Positions 1 through 10,351 of a stretch of 24,850 nt of DNA are shown in pieces. The position numbers and the translations under genes were made by a program. This stretch comes from an uncultured Acidobacteriota bacterium. Its GTDB lineage: Bacteria; Actinomycetota; Acidimicrobiia; Spongiisociales; ZC4RG35. The notes under the pieces are model-generated. The model had not been told where the DNA came from. It saw nothing but the letters and a program-made list of their open reading frames with translations, and did not search any database. Each line of letters starts with the position of its first letter. The first letter of the stretch is position 1. The stretch is from NCBI GenBank assembly GCA_963828465.1, contig CAWHEU010000014.1, positions 1-24,850 of the forward strand, given 5' to 3'.

Positions 1-25
1 GAACCTGAACGGTCGGCGCGACTCT

Positions 26-866
26 TTAGGACCCTCGCCTTTTCCGGGCCGCTTCCAGAGTGTTGACCAGGAGCATGGCCCGAGTCATGGGGCCCACGCC
101 TCCGGGAACAGGTGTGATCGAGCCGGCCACCTCTCGAACGGATTCGAAGTCCACATCGCCGGCAAGCCCGTCCTCGACACGGCTGATCCCCACATCGATA
201 ACCGCAGCGCCGGGCTTTACATACTCGGCAGTCACCATTCGGGGGACCCGATCGTGGCGACGAGGATGTCGGCACCACGGGACGCCTCGACCAGGTGAGG
301 CGTCCTGGAGTGAGCCATCGTGACTGTGGCGTCGACTCCCTTGGTCGCCATCATCAGGGCGAGTGGGCGGCCCACGAGAAACGACCGCCCGATGACTACG
401 GCGGTCTTCCCGCAACACCTACTCCGTTGTCCTCGAGCATCCTCATGATCCCGCTCGGAGTGCACGGTCTGAGACCAGGCCGGCCAAGGAGAAGTAGGCC
501 GAGATTGTGGGGGTGCAGGCCATCGACATCCTTGGCCGGGTCGATCGATGACACGATCCTCTCCGAATCGAGCCCTTCGGAAGCGGCAGCTCAACGAGGA
601 TCCCGTCGACGCGTTGTCCTCGTGAGCCCCGCGATGACGTCCTCCAGCTCGTCCTGCCCGATGTCGGCGCGGAGCTCGTGGTGGAACGACTGGATCCCCA
701 CCTCCGCGGCGTCGCTCCGCTTTCCCCGCACATAGGTGTGCGAAGCGGATCGTCGCCGACCAGGACCGTTGCCAGCCCGGGCTGGTAGTCGAGGTCGGCG
801 ACGGCGGCCGACACCTCGGACTTCACCTTCCGGCAGATTCCTCCCGTCGAGTACCAGTGCGCTCAT
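26..866 (-). CDS. folD: Bifunctional 5,10-methylene-THF dehydrogenase/cyclohydrolase (frameshifted in this sequence)
   Basis: Fragments in several minus frames: [106 protein letters not shown] at 866 overlaps the purH stop; TAA at 26-28. Confidence 0.95.
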
Positions 867-2357
867 CAGTGCTCGAAGTGCCTTCGCCCGGCAAACACGA
901 GGGCGATCCCATGCTCGTTGGCCGCATCGACCAGGTCCTGGTCGTTCGAGACCCCCCGGCTCCACCACTGCGGTGACACCCGAACGAGCCAGGGCGTCCA
1001 GACCGTCGCGAAACGGGAAGAAGGCGTCGGAGGCAGCGACGGCGCCTTCCGACCGCTCACCCGCCCGGGCCACGGCCCGCTCCGCAGCCCCGACCCTCGA
1101 CTGATCTCCGGCGCCGACACCAACCGCTGCACGGTCCTTCACCACGACGATGGCGTTCGACTTGGTGTGCATCGCAACCGTCCAGGCAAACTCGAGCTCG
1201 GCCGTCTCGATATCGGTCGGCTGGCGCTCGGAAACGACCTCCCACTCCTCGCCGACGGTCGTGTCACGCTCCTGGATCAGCACGCCGAACTCGACCCGGC
1301 GCAACGGATCATGCCGCCCGGCGCCGTGGCTTCGAGGAGCCGCACGTTCTCCTCGACGCCAACACTTCTCTCGCCTCGTCTTCCACGGCCGAACAGACCA
1401 CGACCTCGACGAACTTGTCGGCGATGGATTCGCAGTGGTGGCATCGAGAGTGCCGTTGATCCGATCACACCGCCGAACGCGGAAAGCGGGTCACACGCCC
1501 ATGCTCGCTCGAACGTGTCGCCCACATTTCGCCGTACGCAGCACCACAGCGTTCGTGTGTTTGATGATCGCGACGGAGCCCTTGGTCTGAGACCAGCCTC
1601 CAAGCTGCCTCGGCGTCGACGTAGTTGTTGTACGACATCTCCTTGCCCTGGAGCTGCTTCGCCCCCGCCCACCAGGGGCCAGCCCCGTCCTCGACGTAGA
1701 TCGAGCCGGGCTGATGCGGGTTTTCGCCGTAACGCAGGTCGGCGAAATGGCGCAGCGGTAGCACCCGATCCTGGCCGATCCAGCCAACGATCGCGGCGTC
1801 ATAGAGGCGGTGTGGAAGAACGCCTCGGCGGCGAGTGCCCGTCTGAGGTCATCGTCGAGGCCTCCGGCCTCGACAGCCCCGGCCACCCTGTCGTACTGAC
1901 GAGCGGAGGTCACGACGCCGACGTAACGGTGATTCTTCACCGCGGCGCGGATCATCGTCGGCCCGCCTATATCGATCTTCTCGATGATCTCGGATTCGGT
2001 TGCACCCGGCGTGGCAAGCGTCTCCGGAACGGGTAGAGGCTCACGACGACCAGCTGGAATGGCTCGATCCCATTGGCCTCGAGGTCGGCCAGGTCGCTCT
2101 CGTCATCAGTCCGCGCCAGGATCGCGCCGTCGATCGATGGGTGGAGGGTCTGACCCTGCCTCCAGCATCTCGGGGGCCCCGGTGACCTCGGCCACGGTGT
2201 TCACCTCGATGCCGGCGACCGTCAACGCAACAGCAGTACCTCCTGAGGAGACGATTTCGACGCCGGCCGTGGCCAGGCGCTCGGCGAACTGAACCAGACC
2301 CGTCTTGTCATAGACACTGATCAGTGCGCGCCGCACCCCGATACGACTCAATCCCAT
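866..2357 (-). CDS. purH: Bifunctional AICAR transformylase/IMP cyclohydrolase (several frameshifts)
   Basis: [93 protein letters not shown] and C-terminal GRRHFEH, spread over at least six frame segments. Confidence 0.97.
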
Positions 2358-2947
2358 CTCGCCTTTCGCCCCTCCACCATGATCTCGCCCCTGGCGAGGG
2401 CGGCCACTACTTTCGGGTATAGATCGTGCTCTTCGACCTGGATGCGGGCATGCAAGCTGTCCCGATCGTCGTCGGATAGGACCGGGACGGCCCGCTGGGC
2501 GATGATCGGCCCGTGATCGACCTCCTCGTCCACGAAATGAACGGTAACCCCTGTCATCTTCACCCCATGTTCCAACGCCTGGTCGACGGCGTGGGCTCCG
2601 GGAAAAGCGGGCAGCAAGGAGGATGGATGTTGAGGATCTGGTTCCTGAATGCGCCGACGAGCTCATTGCCGAGGACCCACATGAACCCCGCTAGCACCAC
2701 GAGTTCGACATCCTCCTTCTCATCTCCTCCTTGACGGCGGTGGAGAACTCGCTCCGGTGCCATAGTCGCCCCAGGGCAGCACCTTGGTCGGGATGCCGGC
2801 GCCACGGGCCCGGTCCAGGGCGGTCGCGTCCGCCCGATCGGAGAGAACCAGGCCGATGTCCCCTCCCAGGTCCGGAGCATCGATCAATGCCTGGAGATTG
2901 GTGCCGGAGCCCGAGGCGAGGACTGCGATGTTGATGATGACCTCCAC
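2348..2947 (-). CDS. purN: Phosphoribosylglycinamide formyltransferase (frameshifted)
   Basis: [60 protein letters not shown]. Start taken as GTG at 2947 (uncertain). Confidence 0.95.
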
Positions 2948-2969
2948 TCGACCCGTCGGCCGCGGCGGG

Positions 2970-3000
2970 AGTGTAGAGGTCGCCCGCAAAGGCCCGACAA
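2970..3000 (-). promoter_or_regulatory. Putative sigma-A promoter of purN-purH-folD
   Basis: Minus strand reads TTGTCG-19 nt-TACACT, ending about 22 nt upstream of the purN GTG; the spacer is longer than ideal. Confidence 0.5.
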
Positions 3001-3029
3001 GCCCGGCAAGCGGCTTGAATCTCATCTCC

Positions 3030-3326
3030 ATGATCGAAAACGTGCGGGCGCAGGATTGGGAAGCCTGGATCGACTCCACCGGGGGGACGGTCCTCGACAT
3101 CCGGGAGCCCTTCGAATGGGAGCTTGGAGTCCTACCCGACGCGAGGCTCATCTCCATGGGTGAGATCCCCGAGCGCATCGGCGAGCTCGACAGTGACCAA
3201 GCGTTCCTCGTCGTCTGCCGCTCGGGAGGGCGGAGCCAACAGGTCGCGGCGTATCTGGTCACGAACGGCTTCGACAAGGTGGCCAACATGACCGGTGGGA
3301 TGCACGCCTTGGGTCTCCAGGACTGA
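3030..3326 (+). CDS. Single-domain rhodanese-like sulfurtransferase
   Basis: 98 aa from ATG 3030; VLDIREPFEW and active-site loop VVCRSGGRS, ending NMTGGMHA. Confidence 0.9.
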   Translation: MIENVRAQDWEAWIDSTGGTVLDIREPFEWELGVLPDARLISMGEIPERIGELDSDQAFLVVCRSGGRSQQVAAYLVTNGFDKVANMTGGMHALGLQD

Positions 3327-3373
3327 CAGACACGGTCCCAGTCGCGAGGAGGGACCTGCGAGAATCAGCCACC

Positions 3374-3816
3374 ATGGACGAGGAGCGCAGACTGCCGGGC
3401 TGGGTGTTGCCAGTATTCGGAGTGCTTGCAGTGGTTGCCCTGGTGTTGATTGGACTCAACCGAGAACCGCAGCAATTCGACCCCGAATCCCCCGAGGGAG
3501 CAGTCCAGTCCTATATCGCGGCATTGGTCGAGGGAGATTTCGAGACCGCCTCGTCATTCTGGGCCGAAGGCGACTGCCTCCCAGCTTCGATCGAGCCGAC
3601 CGAAGGAGCACCGACATCTCGGCCACCCTGGTCAGTGTCGACGGGGACGAGGAGGACGCAACCGTGGTCATCGCCATCACCGACAACACCACCGACCCCC
3701 TCGACGGCATCTCTGAGTTCCAGGAGTGGTTCAACCTCGTGAACGAGGACGATGGTTGGAAGATCCGCCAGCTGTCCTGGCCTTACTGGGACCAGATCTG
3801 CGAGATGCAGTCTTGA
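3374..3816 (+). CDS. Hypothetical membrane-anchored acidic protein (one frameshift near 3610)
   Basis: N-terminal TM helix (WVLPVFGVLAVVALVLIGL), then PEGAVQSYIAALVEGDFETA; continues in another frame as DISATLVSVDGDEEDATVVIAI...DDGWKIRQLSWPY. TGA overlaps the next TTG start (TTGA). Confidence 0.75.
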
Positions 3817-5436
3817 CCATAGAAGTACTGGCCCTTCTTGTATTCGTGGTGGTGGTGGGCGGGGTCACCGCAGTAGTGGTTCGGGTGGTCCGAGGCCGGG
3901 ACAAACGGGAGGAAGAGGGTGGCCTCGATCTCATCCCGTATCTCATCCTCGCCCTCGCCGTGGTCGCGGCCGGGTTCGCTTTGGCCGCCTTGGCCAGGGC
4001 AAGCCTGACCCCCGATCGCCTCATCGGGCGGCCCACTGGTGAGATCGCCGGCGCCCTGGCCGCATTGGTCGTGGCCTCCCCCATCACCTACCTGCTGTGG
4101 CGTCGGCAGGCCCGACGACGGAAGACGTTCCCGGCCACCCCGGGATGGCCGGTCTACCTGGCCATCATCGAGCTCGTCTTCCTGATCGCCCTCCTGACCG
4201 CAGTTAGCCAGCTGGCCGCCTTCCTCGCCGGAGAGGGCGAGCAGGCAGACTGGACCGATCTCCTGATCTACGGCTCGATCGTCGTCCTCCACTGGTGGGC
4301 TGAGCGACGTGAGGCGCCCCGAGGCGACATTGGTGACCTCCCTCGCCTCGTCGGATCCCGGAGTGGCGTTGGTTGCCCTGACCATCGGCCTCATCGGCAC
4401 GCTGGAATGGCTCTTCTCGATCGCCTACGAGGCCTTGTGGGGGCTCGGCGACATCCCCGACCCGGCGATACCAATCGCTCTGGCCGCGGCGGGAGGCGCG
4501 ATCTGGGCCTGGCGCTGGCTTCCGTCATGGGAAGAGGAGCCAAATGTCCTGCGCAACTTCTATGTCGGGTTCGTGACCACGTTCTCCCTGATCATGGCCA
4601 TCGGAGCCGGGGTCACCATGATTGCCACACTGTTGACATTCGTGTTCGGTGAGGCGGGTCCAGCCGTCGATCACTTCGACACCTTCCCTCTCGCCTTGGC
4701 ATTCGCGATTGTCGGCTGGGCCCTTTGGTATCACCACGGTCGCCGACTCGGCCCGGGCCGCACGGGGGCCCGGCGTGGTTACGAGTATGCGATGGCGGCG
4801 ACGGGTCTCGGTGCCCTCGTCGGTAGCACCACCGCCCTGGTCGCCGCAGCCTTCACTCCAACCCTGGCCGGGACCAACAGTGGCTCGACGCTGTTGACCA
4901 TCGCGTGTGCGGTCATCGCCTCCGGGTGGGTCTGGCTGACCTTCTGGCGGAAGGCGCAGGCGGCGCCACACGCCGAGGAGGCCCGGGCCCTCTCCCGTCG
5001 CATCTACCTGATCGGGATGGCCATCATCCTGGGCCTGACGGCCGCCGGGTCCTTGATCGCTGTCCTGGTCGTCGTTTTTCGGGCGCTCCTCGGCGAGATC
5101 GAGGCGGACGCCGGCAGCCTGCGCATTCCGGTCACTCTCACGCTGACGGCGGGATTGGCCACGTGGCATCTGTTCGATCAGATCCGCGCCGACGGCGCCG
5201 GGGCAAAGACCATCGAGGCGAAGCCGTTCGCCGTCACAGTGATCTGCTCCCACCCGGGCACTCTCGCCACCCTGTTCCCCGAAGAGGCCACCGTCAGGGT
5301 CCTCTACCGGGGAGACGACGCAGGGATGATCAACGAGGAGATGGCCTCTGCCATCGTCGCCGCCGTCGACAGGCGATCGTCCCTGGTCTGGGTCGACGAA
5401 AGCGGCTTCAGGCTGGCAGCGGCGAGGGAGTCCTGA
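3813..5436 (+). CDS. Polytopic membrane protein, DUF5671-like repeats (one frameshift near 4355-4360)
   Basis: About 540 aa when the 3726 and 4309 ORFs are joined; repeated TM hairpins ending in W/H-rich basic motifs (YLLWRR, VLHWWA, IWAWRW, LWYHHGRR, WLTFWRK, TWHLF) and a soluble C-terminal tail. Family name is from pattern recall only. Confidence 0.7.
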
Positions 5437-5461
5437 TCACCTTCGATCCCGCACGATCCCG

Positions 5462-6028
5462 ATGACCTGGCTCGTCGAGAAATGGCTCAAATGGCGAGGC
5501 TGGCAGTTCATCGGAGAGATGCCCGACCTGGACAAGTTTGTCCTCATCGGGGCTCCACACACCAGCAACTGGGATTTCATCCTCTATCTGGGGGCGATAC
5601 GTCATTGGGAGATCTCGCCCCGATTCGTCGGCAAGCACACACTTTTTCGTTGGCCGTTCGGCTACTTCTTCAGGAAGTTCGGCGGCATCCCGGTCGACCG
5701 TGATCGACCCGGGGGCATGGTCGGCCAGGTCGTGGAGGAATTCGAGAAGTCGTCCCGCATGATCCTCGTGGTCGCCCCTGAAGGCACGCGGAAGGCGGCC
5801 CCTTACTGGAAATCGGGGTTCGCCCGGATCGCAGCCGCGGCCAAGGTCCCTGTCGTTCCGGTGGTTCTCGATTTCCCTGCAAAGACGCTGGCCGTGGGGC
5901 ATCCGATCCCCTATTTCGGTGACGAACAGGCGCTCATGAACCAGCTTCGGGTCTTCTTCGGGCCCGGAGTCGGGAAGGACGGGGAGGGCAAGGGACCCAT
6001 TCGGCTCAAGGAGGAGGACTCAGTCTGA
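5462..6028 (+). CDS. Lysophospholipid/1-acyl-glycerol-3-phosphate acyltransferase family protein
   Basis: HX4D motif APHTSNWD, GGIPVDR and APEGTR blocks. Confidence 0.92.
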   Translation: MTWLVEKWLKWRGWQFIGEMPDLDKFVLIGAPHTSNWDFILYLGAIRHWEISPRFVGKHTLFRWPFGYFFRKFGGIPVDRDRPGGMVGQVVEEFEKSSRMILVVAPEGTRKAAPYWKSGFARIAAAAKVPVVPVVLDFPAKTLAVGHPIPYFGDEQALMNQLRVFFGPGVGKDGEGKGPIRLKEEDSV

Positions 6029-7249
6029 GTTCTCGGCGAGCCGTCGGAACTCCTCGGGGGTGACGCCGCGATCGGGGGCCGAGCCGAGTTTGAGCAGGTC
6101 TCTCCCGAATCGTTCCCTGATCCCGTCTACCGATGCATCGATGGCGCGTCGCTTGAGGTCCATCCCGCTACCGGCGCGGAGGACATCTCCCGGGTCGACC
6201 TCCAGCTCGAGCTGGAGAAACTCGTCTGTGGTGAGATTGGAGAGCGACATGCCGACGAGGGTCACAGGCTCCTCTTCGCCGTCAATCGCACGCCGAAGCA
6301 GGACCCCGCCGAGCTCGGCCAGGGCGGCCGTCGAAGAGGTCGGCGAGGGGAGGGTGTGACTTCGGGAGACGATACGGGGCCCGGGGAACCTCACCCGCAT
6401 CGTCAGGGTCGACCCTGACCGATCCTTCTTGCGGGCGCGTCTCCCGATCCGATCGGCCAACCCGAGCACTACAACGGACAGCTCTTCCGGATCGGTCAAT
6501 CCTCGACCCAGCGCTTGCTGGCTCCCGACACTTCCAGCCCTTCGCCCTCCGCGAACCATCCTTGGGTCCCGGTTCCAGGCGAGGGCGTGGAGGCTTCCCG
6601 ACGCCCAAGGTCCCAGCGAAGATGAGAGGGCTCCGCGTGGCAACCCCGCCAAATCCCCGATGGTGAAGATCCCGAAGCGATGAAGACGGGCCGCAGTGAC
6701 GCGGCCCACTCCCCACATCGCCTCGACCGGAAGGGGGTGAAGGAAGTCGAGCTCCGTGCCCGGAGCTACTACTACGAGACCGTTCGGTTTTGCCCGCGCC
6801 GATGCGATCTTGGCCAGGAACTTGGTTGAGGCGACGCCGACCGAGATGGGCAGCCCGACCTCGGCTGCGACACGAAACCGGATCTGTCGAGCTATTGCGG
6901 ATGGTGGCCCGAGCAGATGGGTGGTACCCCTGACATCGACGAAGGCCTCGTCAATCGAGATCTGCTCGATGACGGGCGATGCGTCCTCGAGGACCTCCAT
7001 GACGTGGGCCGAGAGATCGAGGTATCTCTCGAAATGCCCGTGGACGACGATGGCCTCCGGGCACAGCCGCCTGGCGTCGCGAGTCGGCATCGGCGAGCGG
7101 ACCCCGTAGGCCCGCGCCTCGTAAGACGCGGCAAGGACGATCCCTCCCCCGACAAGGACCGGCTTTCCCTTCAGGGAAGGGTCGAGGAGTTGTTCGACCG
7201 AGGCGAAGAACGCATCGAGATCGGCGTGGAGAATCGTCGGCTCTCCCAT
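6020..7249 (-). CDS. dinB: DNA polymerase IV (Y-family)
   Basis: ILHADLDAFFASVEQ, ASYEARAYGV, SIDEAFVD, KFLAKIAS..AKPNG, MWGVG and little-finger region; ATG at 7249. Confidence 0.96.
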   Translation of the reverse strand: MGEPTILHADLDAFFASVEQLLDPSLKGKPVLVGGGIVLAASYEARAYGVRSPMPTRDARRLCPEAIVVHGHFERYLDLSAHVMEVLEDASPVIEQISIDEAFVDVRGTTHLLGPPSAIARQIRFRVAAEVGLPISVGVASTKFLAKIASARAKPNGLVVVAPGTELDFLHPLPVEAMWGVGRVTAARLHRFGIFTIGDLAGLPRGALSSSLGPWASGSLHALAWNRDPRMVRGGRRAGSVGSQQALGRGLTDPEELSVVVLGLADRIGRRARKKDRSGSTLTMRVRFPGPRIVSRSHTLPSPTSSTAALAELGGVLLRRAIDGEEEPVTLVGMSLSNLTTDEFLQLELEVDPGDVLRAGSGMDLKRRAIDASVDGIRERFGRDLLKLGSAPDRGVTPEEFRRLAENSD

Positions 7250-7256
7250 ACCGGCC

Positions 7257-7278
7257 AGTATGCACCGTGCCTGGGACA
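7257..7278 (-). promoter_or_regulatory. Candidate leaderless dinB promoter with PafBC/RecA-NDp-like element
   Basis: Minus strand: TGTC-12 nt-CATACT-7 nt-ATG. Confidence 0.5.
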
Positions 7279-7307
7279 CCTAATCCGGCCGGTACCGAGT
7301 ACGGGGA

Positions 7308-8819
7308 TCAATCGTCCTGGGCGAGACTCTTCAAAGCTCCGCGGTCGACCTTGCCCAGGTGTGTCTGGGGAAGCCGATCGACGAAACGGATGCGACGAGG
7401 ATGCTTGTAGGCCTCGAGATGAGCGAGGGCCCAGTCGGTCAGCTCGGCCTCGGTGACATTCGCAGCCACCACAAAGGCGACAGGCCTGGCCAGACCTGAA
7501 TCATCGCTGATCGCCACCACGGCGCACTCGTTGACCGCCGGGTGGTCGAGAAGGACAGATTCGACTTCCTGGGGCCGAAACCATCTTCCCTTGACCTTGA
7601 TGGCGTCGTCGGACCGGCCCCGGTGGGTGACGAATCCGTCGGCATCGATGGAGACCAGGTCGCCACCGGCGAACCATTCGCCCCGGAAGGCCTCGGCTGT
7701 GGCCTCGGGGTTCTCGAAATACCCCAGACCCAGTGAGTCGCCCTTCACCCACAGCCTGCCCACCTCGCCCGTGGGCACTTCATGGCCGTCGTCGTCCCGC
7801 ACCTCGATCTCGAAGCCGGGGACGACCCTCCCGAGGGTGCCGGGTCTCACCTCCCCGACCCGGTTGGAGACAAAAATGTGCCACATCTCCGCGGTGCCGA
7901 GACCATCGAGCAGTTCGACCCCGAACCGGCCCGTCCACTGGCGATAGAGAGTGTCGGGGAGGGCCTCACCGGCCGATGTCGCGACCCGAAGCGACGACAT
8001 GTCTCGTTTGGCGTAATCAGGATCGGCCAGCATCTGGTTGATGGCGGAGGGGACGTGGACCAGCACAGTGGCCCGATGTCTCTCGATGCGGTCGAAGAGG
8101 GCGTCCGGGGTCGACTGACCCTCGAACAGCACCGCCGAGGCGCCCACCGAGAACGGGAAGAAGAGATTGGACCCCATGGCGTACCCGAAATAGAGCTTGG
8201 GGACGGCGATGGTCACGTCTTCTGCGGTCAACCCCAGGATTCCCTTGCCGTACAACTCCGTTGTGTTGGCGAAGGAGCGATGGGTCTGCACCACCGCCTT
8301 GGGGAGACCGGTGGTGCCACCGGAGAAGATCCACAGGGCGGGATCGAGAGCGGCGGTATCGAAAGTGGGAATATCGACATCGGGGAGATGCAGGTCACTC
8401 TCGACCACGACAAGCGGGGGCATGGTGATCCCGGCGGATGTGACAGCAGCCTCGAGGTGATCGCGATGACTCTCATGGACGACCGCTCCTGTTGCCTTGG
8501 CCAGCCCGGCAATCGCTCCCAGGTCACCGGGAGTCAGCCCCGGATTGAGGAGCAGGCCGACCGCTCCGATACGGAGCACCCCGAACAGTGCGGCGACGTA
8601 TTGGAGCCCGTCCGGCATGACCAGCAGCACCCGGTCCCCGGCTTCGACGCCATCGTCTCTGAGCAAGGAGGCGAATCCGGAGGCCGCCCGATCCACTTCT
8701 GTATACGTCACATCCCGATCGTCGAGACTGAGCGCCACCCGGTCGCCGTGCCCCTCGGCCAGACGCTGCCGCAACAGGTGATCGTCGATGTTGAGGCTGT
8801 CTGGCCAGCGCCTGGTCAC
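7308..8819 (-). CDS. Benzoate-CoA ligase family protein (candidate anthranilate/2-aminobenzoate-CoA ligase)
   Basis: AMP-binding loop FSGGTTGLPKAV, KLYFGYAMGSNLFFPFSVGAS, SAGEALP, LDGLGTAEMWHIF, GRSDDAIK, LPQTHLGK. The substrate is inferred from context. Confidence 0.88.
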   Translation of the reverse strand: MTRRWPDSLNIDDHLLRQRLAEGHGDRVALSLDDRDVTYTEVDRAASGFASLLRDDGVEAGDRVLLVMPDGLQYVAALFGVLRIGAVGLLLNPGLTPGDLGAIAGLAKATGAVVHESHRDHLEAAVTSAGITMPPLVVVESDLHLPDVDIPTFDTAALDPALWIFSGGTTGLPKAVVQTHRSFANTTELYGKGILGLTAEDVTIAVPKLYFGYAMGSNLFFPFSVGASAVLFEGQSTPDALFDRIERHRATVLVHVPSAINQMLADPDYAKRDMSSLRVATSAGEALPDTLYRQWTGRFGVELLDGLGTAEMWHIFVSNRVGEVRPGTLGRVVPGFEIEVRDDDGHEVPTGEVGRLWVKGDSLGLGYFENPEATAEAFRGEWFAGGDLVSIDADGFVTHRGRSDDAIKVKGRWFRPQEVESVLLDHPAVNECAVVAISDDSGLARPVAFVVAANVTEAELTDWALAHLEAYKHPRRIRFVDRLPQTHLGKVDRGALKSLAQDD

Positions 8820-8838
8820 ATGCGGAAGTTACAGGGCG

Positions 8839-9586
8839 TCAGGAGGATGCCTGCTCTCTCGGATCGAACCGATAGGGCAGTTCCAGACGATGGGTTTTCA
8901 TCAACAACTCGTCGGTGAGGATCTCGACCGTGGTGTCCCCCGCCACGACCAGCCCTTCGTCCAAGACCACGGCCGGGGGCACAACTCCAGAGCGAATGGG
9001 AGGTCGTGGGTGACCACGAGCTGGGTGATGGGCAGTCGGCGGAGCACATCGATGAGCTCCCGACGTGAGGCCGGGTCGAGATTCGACGTCGGCTCGTCGA
9101 GGACCAGGATCTCGGGACGCATCGCCAGCACGGTGGCGATGGCTACACGCCGCCTCTCCCCGTAGCTGAGGTGATGGGGGGCCCGTTCCCGTGCCTCCAG
9201 CATCGGACCGCGCCCAAGGCATCGGCCACCCGTGCTTCGAGCTCCTCGCCATCGATGCCGAAGTTGGCCGGGCCAAAGGCGACGTCCTGACCCACCGTTG
9301 GCATGAACAACTGGTCGTCGGGGTCCTGGAACACCAGACCGACTCTTCGCCTGATCTCGAGGACCGAATCGTCGGAGACAACGAGGCCGGCCACGCGCAC
9401 CTCTCCGGAGGCCGGTCGGAGAATCCCGTTGAGATGTAAAAGAAGGGTGGTCTTGCCTGCTCCGTTCGGTCCGAGAAGGGCCACCCGCTCGCCGTGGTGA
9501 ACATGCAGGTCGACATTGCGGAGCGCCTGACGACCGTCTGGATAAGTGAAACTCAGATCGATAATCTCGAGGGACGGCTCGCTCAT
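8839..9586 (-). CDS. nikO: ECF transporter ATPase, CbiO/NikO type (frameshifted)
   Basis: Walker A GPNGAGKTT, VFQDPDDQLFMPTV, signature HLSYGERRRVAIA, LVLDEPTSNLD, VTHD; three frame segments. Confidence 0.9.
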
Positions 9587-10351
9587 CTCAGCACCGTCAC
9601 AGATAGAAGGGCCAGGAGGATTGCCACCAGCGGCACCGAAAGACCGATCCACCATTCCCGGGTGGTCGCCGGTCGATCACCGAACGCCGGCATCCTTCCG
9701 GTGAATCCCCTCGCCACCATCGCCTGGTGGACACGCTCGCCCCTCTCGAACGATCGGATGAAGAGAGGTCCGGCCGACTGGGCCAGCGGCCCGCTCTGCC
9801 AGAACCATCGGGGCTCGTATCCCCTGGCGGCCATGGCAACCCTTCGCCGGGAGAATTCGCCGGCGACGATGTCCAGGTAGCGCACCATGAATCCGGCGAT
9901 GGCGGTGAGAACCCGGGGCACCCGGATGCGATCCAGGCCCCGGAGCAAGTCGGGATGGTCGTCGTCGCAGAGATAATGATCGATGCCCCGAGGCCGAGGG
10001 TTGCCTTAGCCAGGACGTCCACGCCCCCCACAGCCCTTCGACGAGAGGGTCAGCCCAAGGACCTCGGTGGTCTCACCCTCCCCGAAGAAAGGGAGCATCA
10101 GGGCGAAGATCAGGATCGGACTTCCACCAGCAGCCCTTCGGGCCACGAAGCCCGCAGGAAGCTCCGGCGAGGATCATCACGCCGACGAGGAGGCGCCCGG
10201 CCAAGAAGTAAGCCCAAAACGCCTCGGGCGGGAGCACAACCACAGCCAGGACGAAAACCAGAAGCGCCACGACCTTCACCTGCGCCGGTAGTTGGTGAAC
10301 CGGTGTGGTCCCGTGCCGGTACAGCACGTGATCGTGATACGTCTCGCTCAG
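9583..10351 (-). CDS. nikQ: ECF transporter T component, CbiQ/NikQ type (frameshifted; start uncertain, CTG 10351 or GTG 10327)
   Basis: LYRHGTTPVHQLPAQVK, AKATLG..SATT, RVPRVL..FMVRYLD, AMAARGY, LFIRSFERGERVHQAMVARGF (two XRG motifs). Confidence 0.88.

Noticed and set aside
26-2947. Pseudogenes or programmed frameshifting in folD/purH/purN
   Set aside because: Too many scattered indels with intact motifs and no consistent slippery site; sequencing error is the simpler explanation.
2948-3029. ZTP (pfl) or purine riboswitch upstream of purN-purH
   Set aside because: The predicted leader is only about 15-20 nt and no aptamer consensus is recognisable; only a short GC hairpin is present.
3334-3357. 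Hairpin GGTCCC-N11-GGGACC after the rhodanese gene as a terminator
   Set aside because: Six-bp stem, large loop and no U tract; expected by chance at this GC content.
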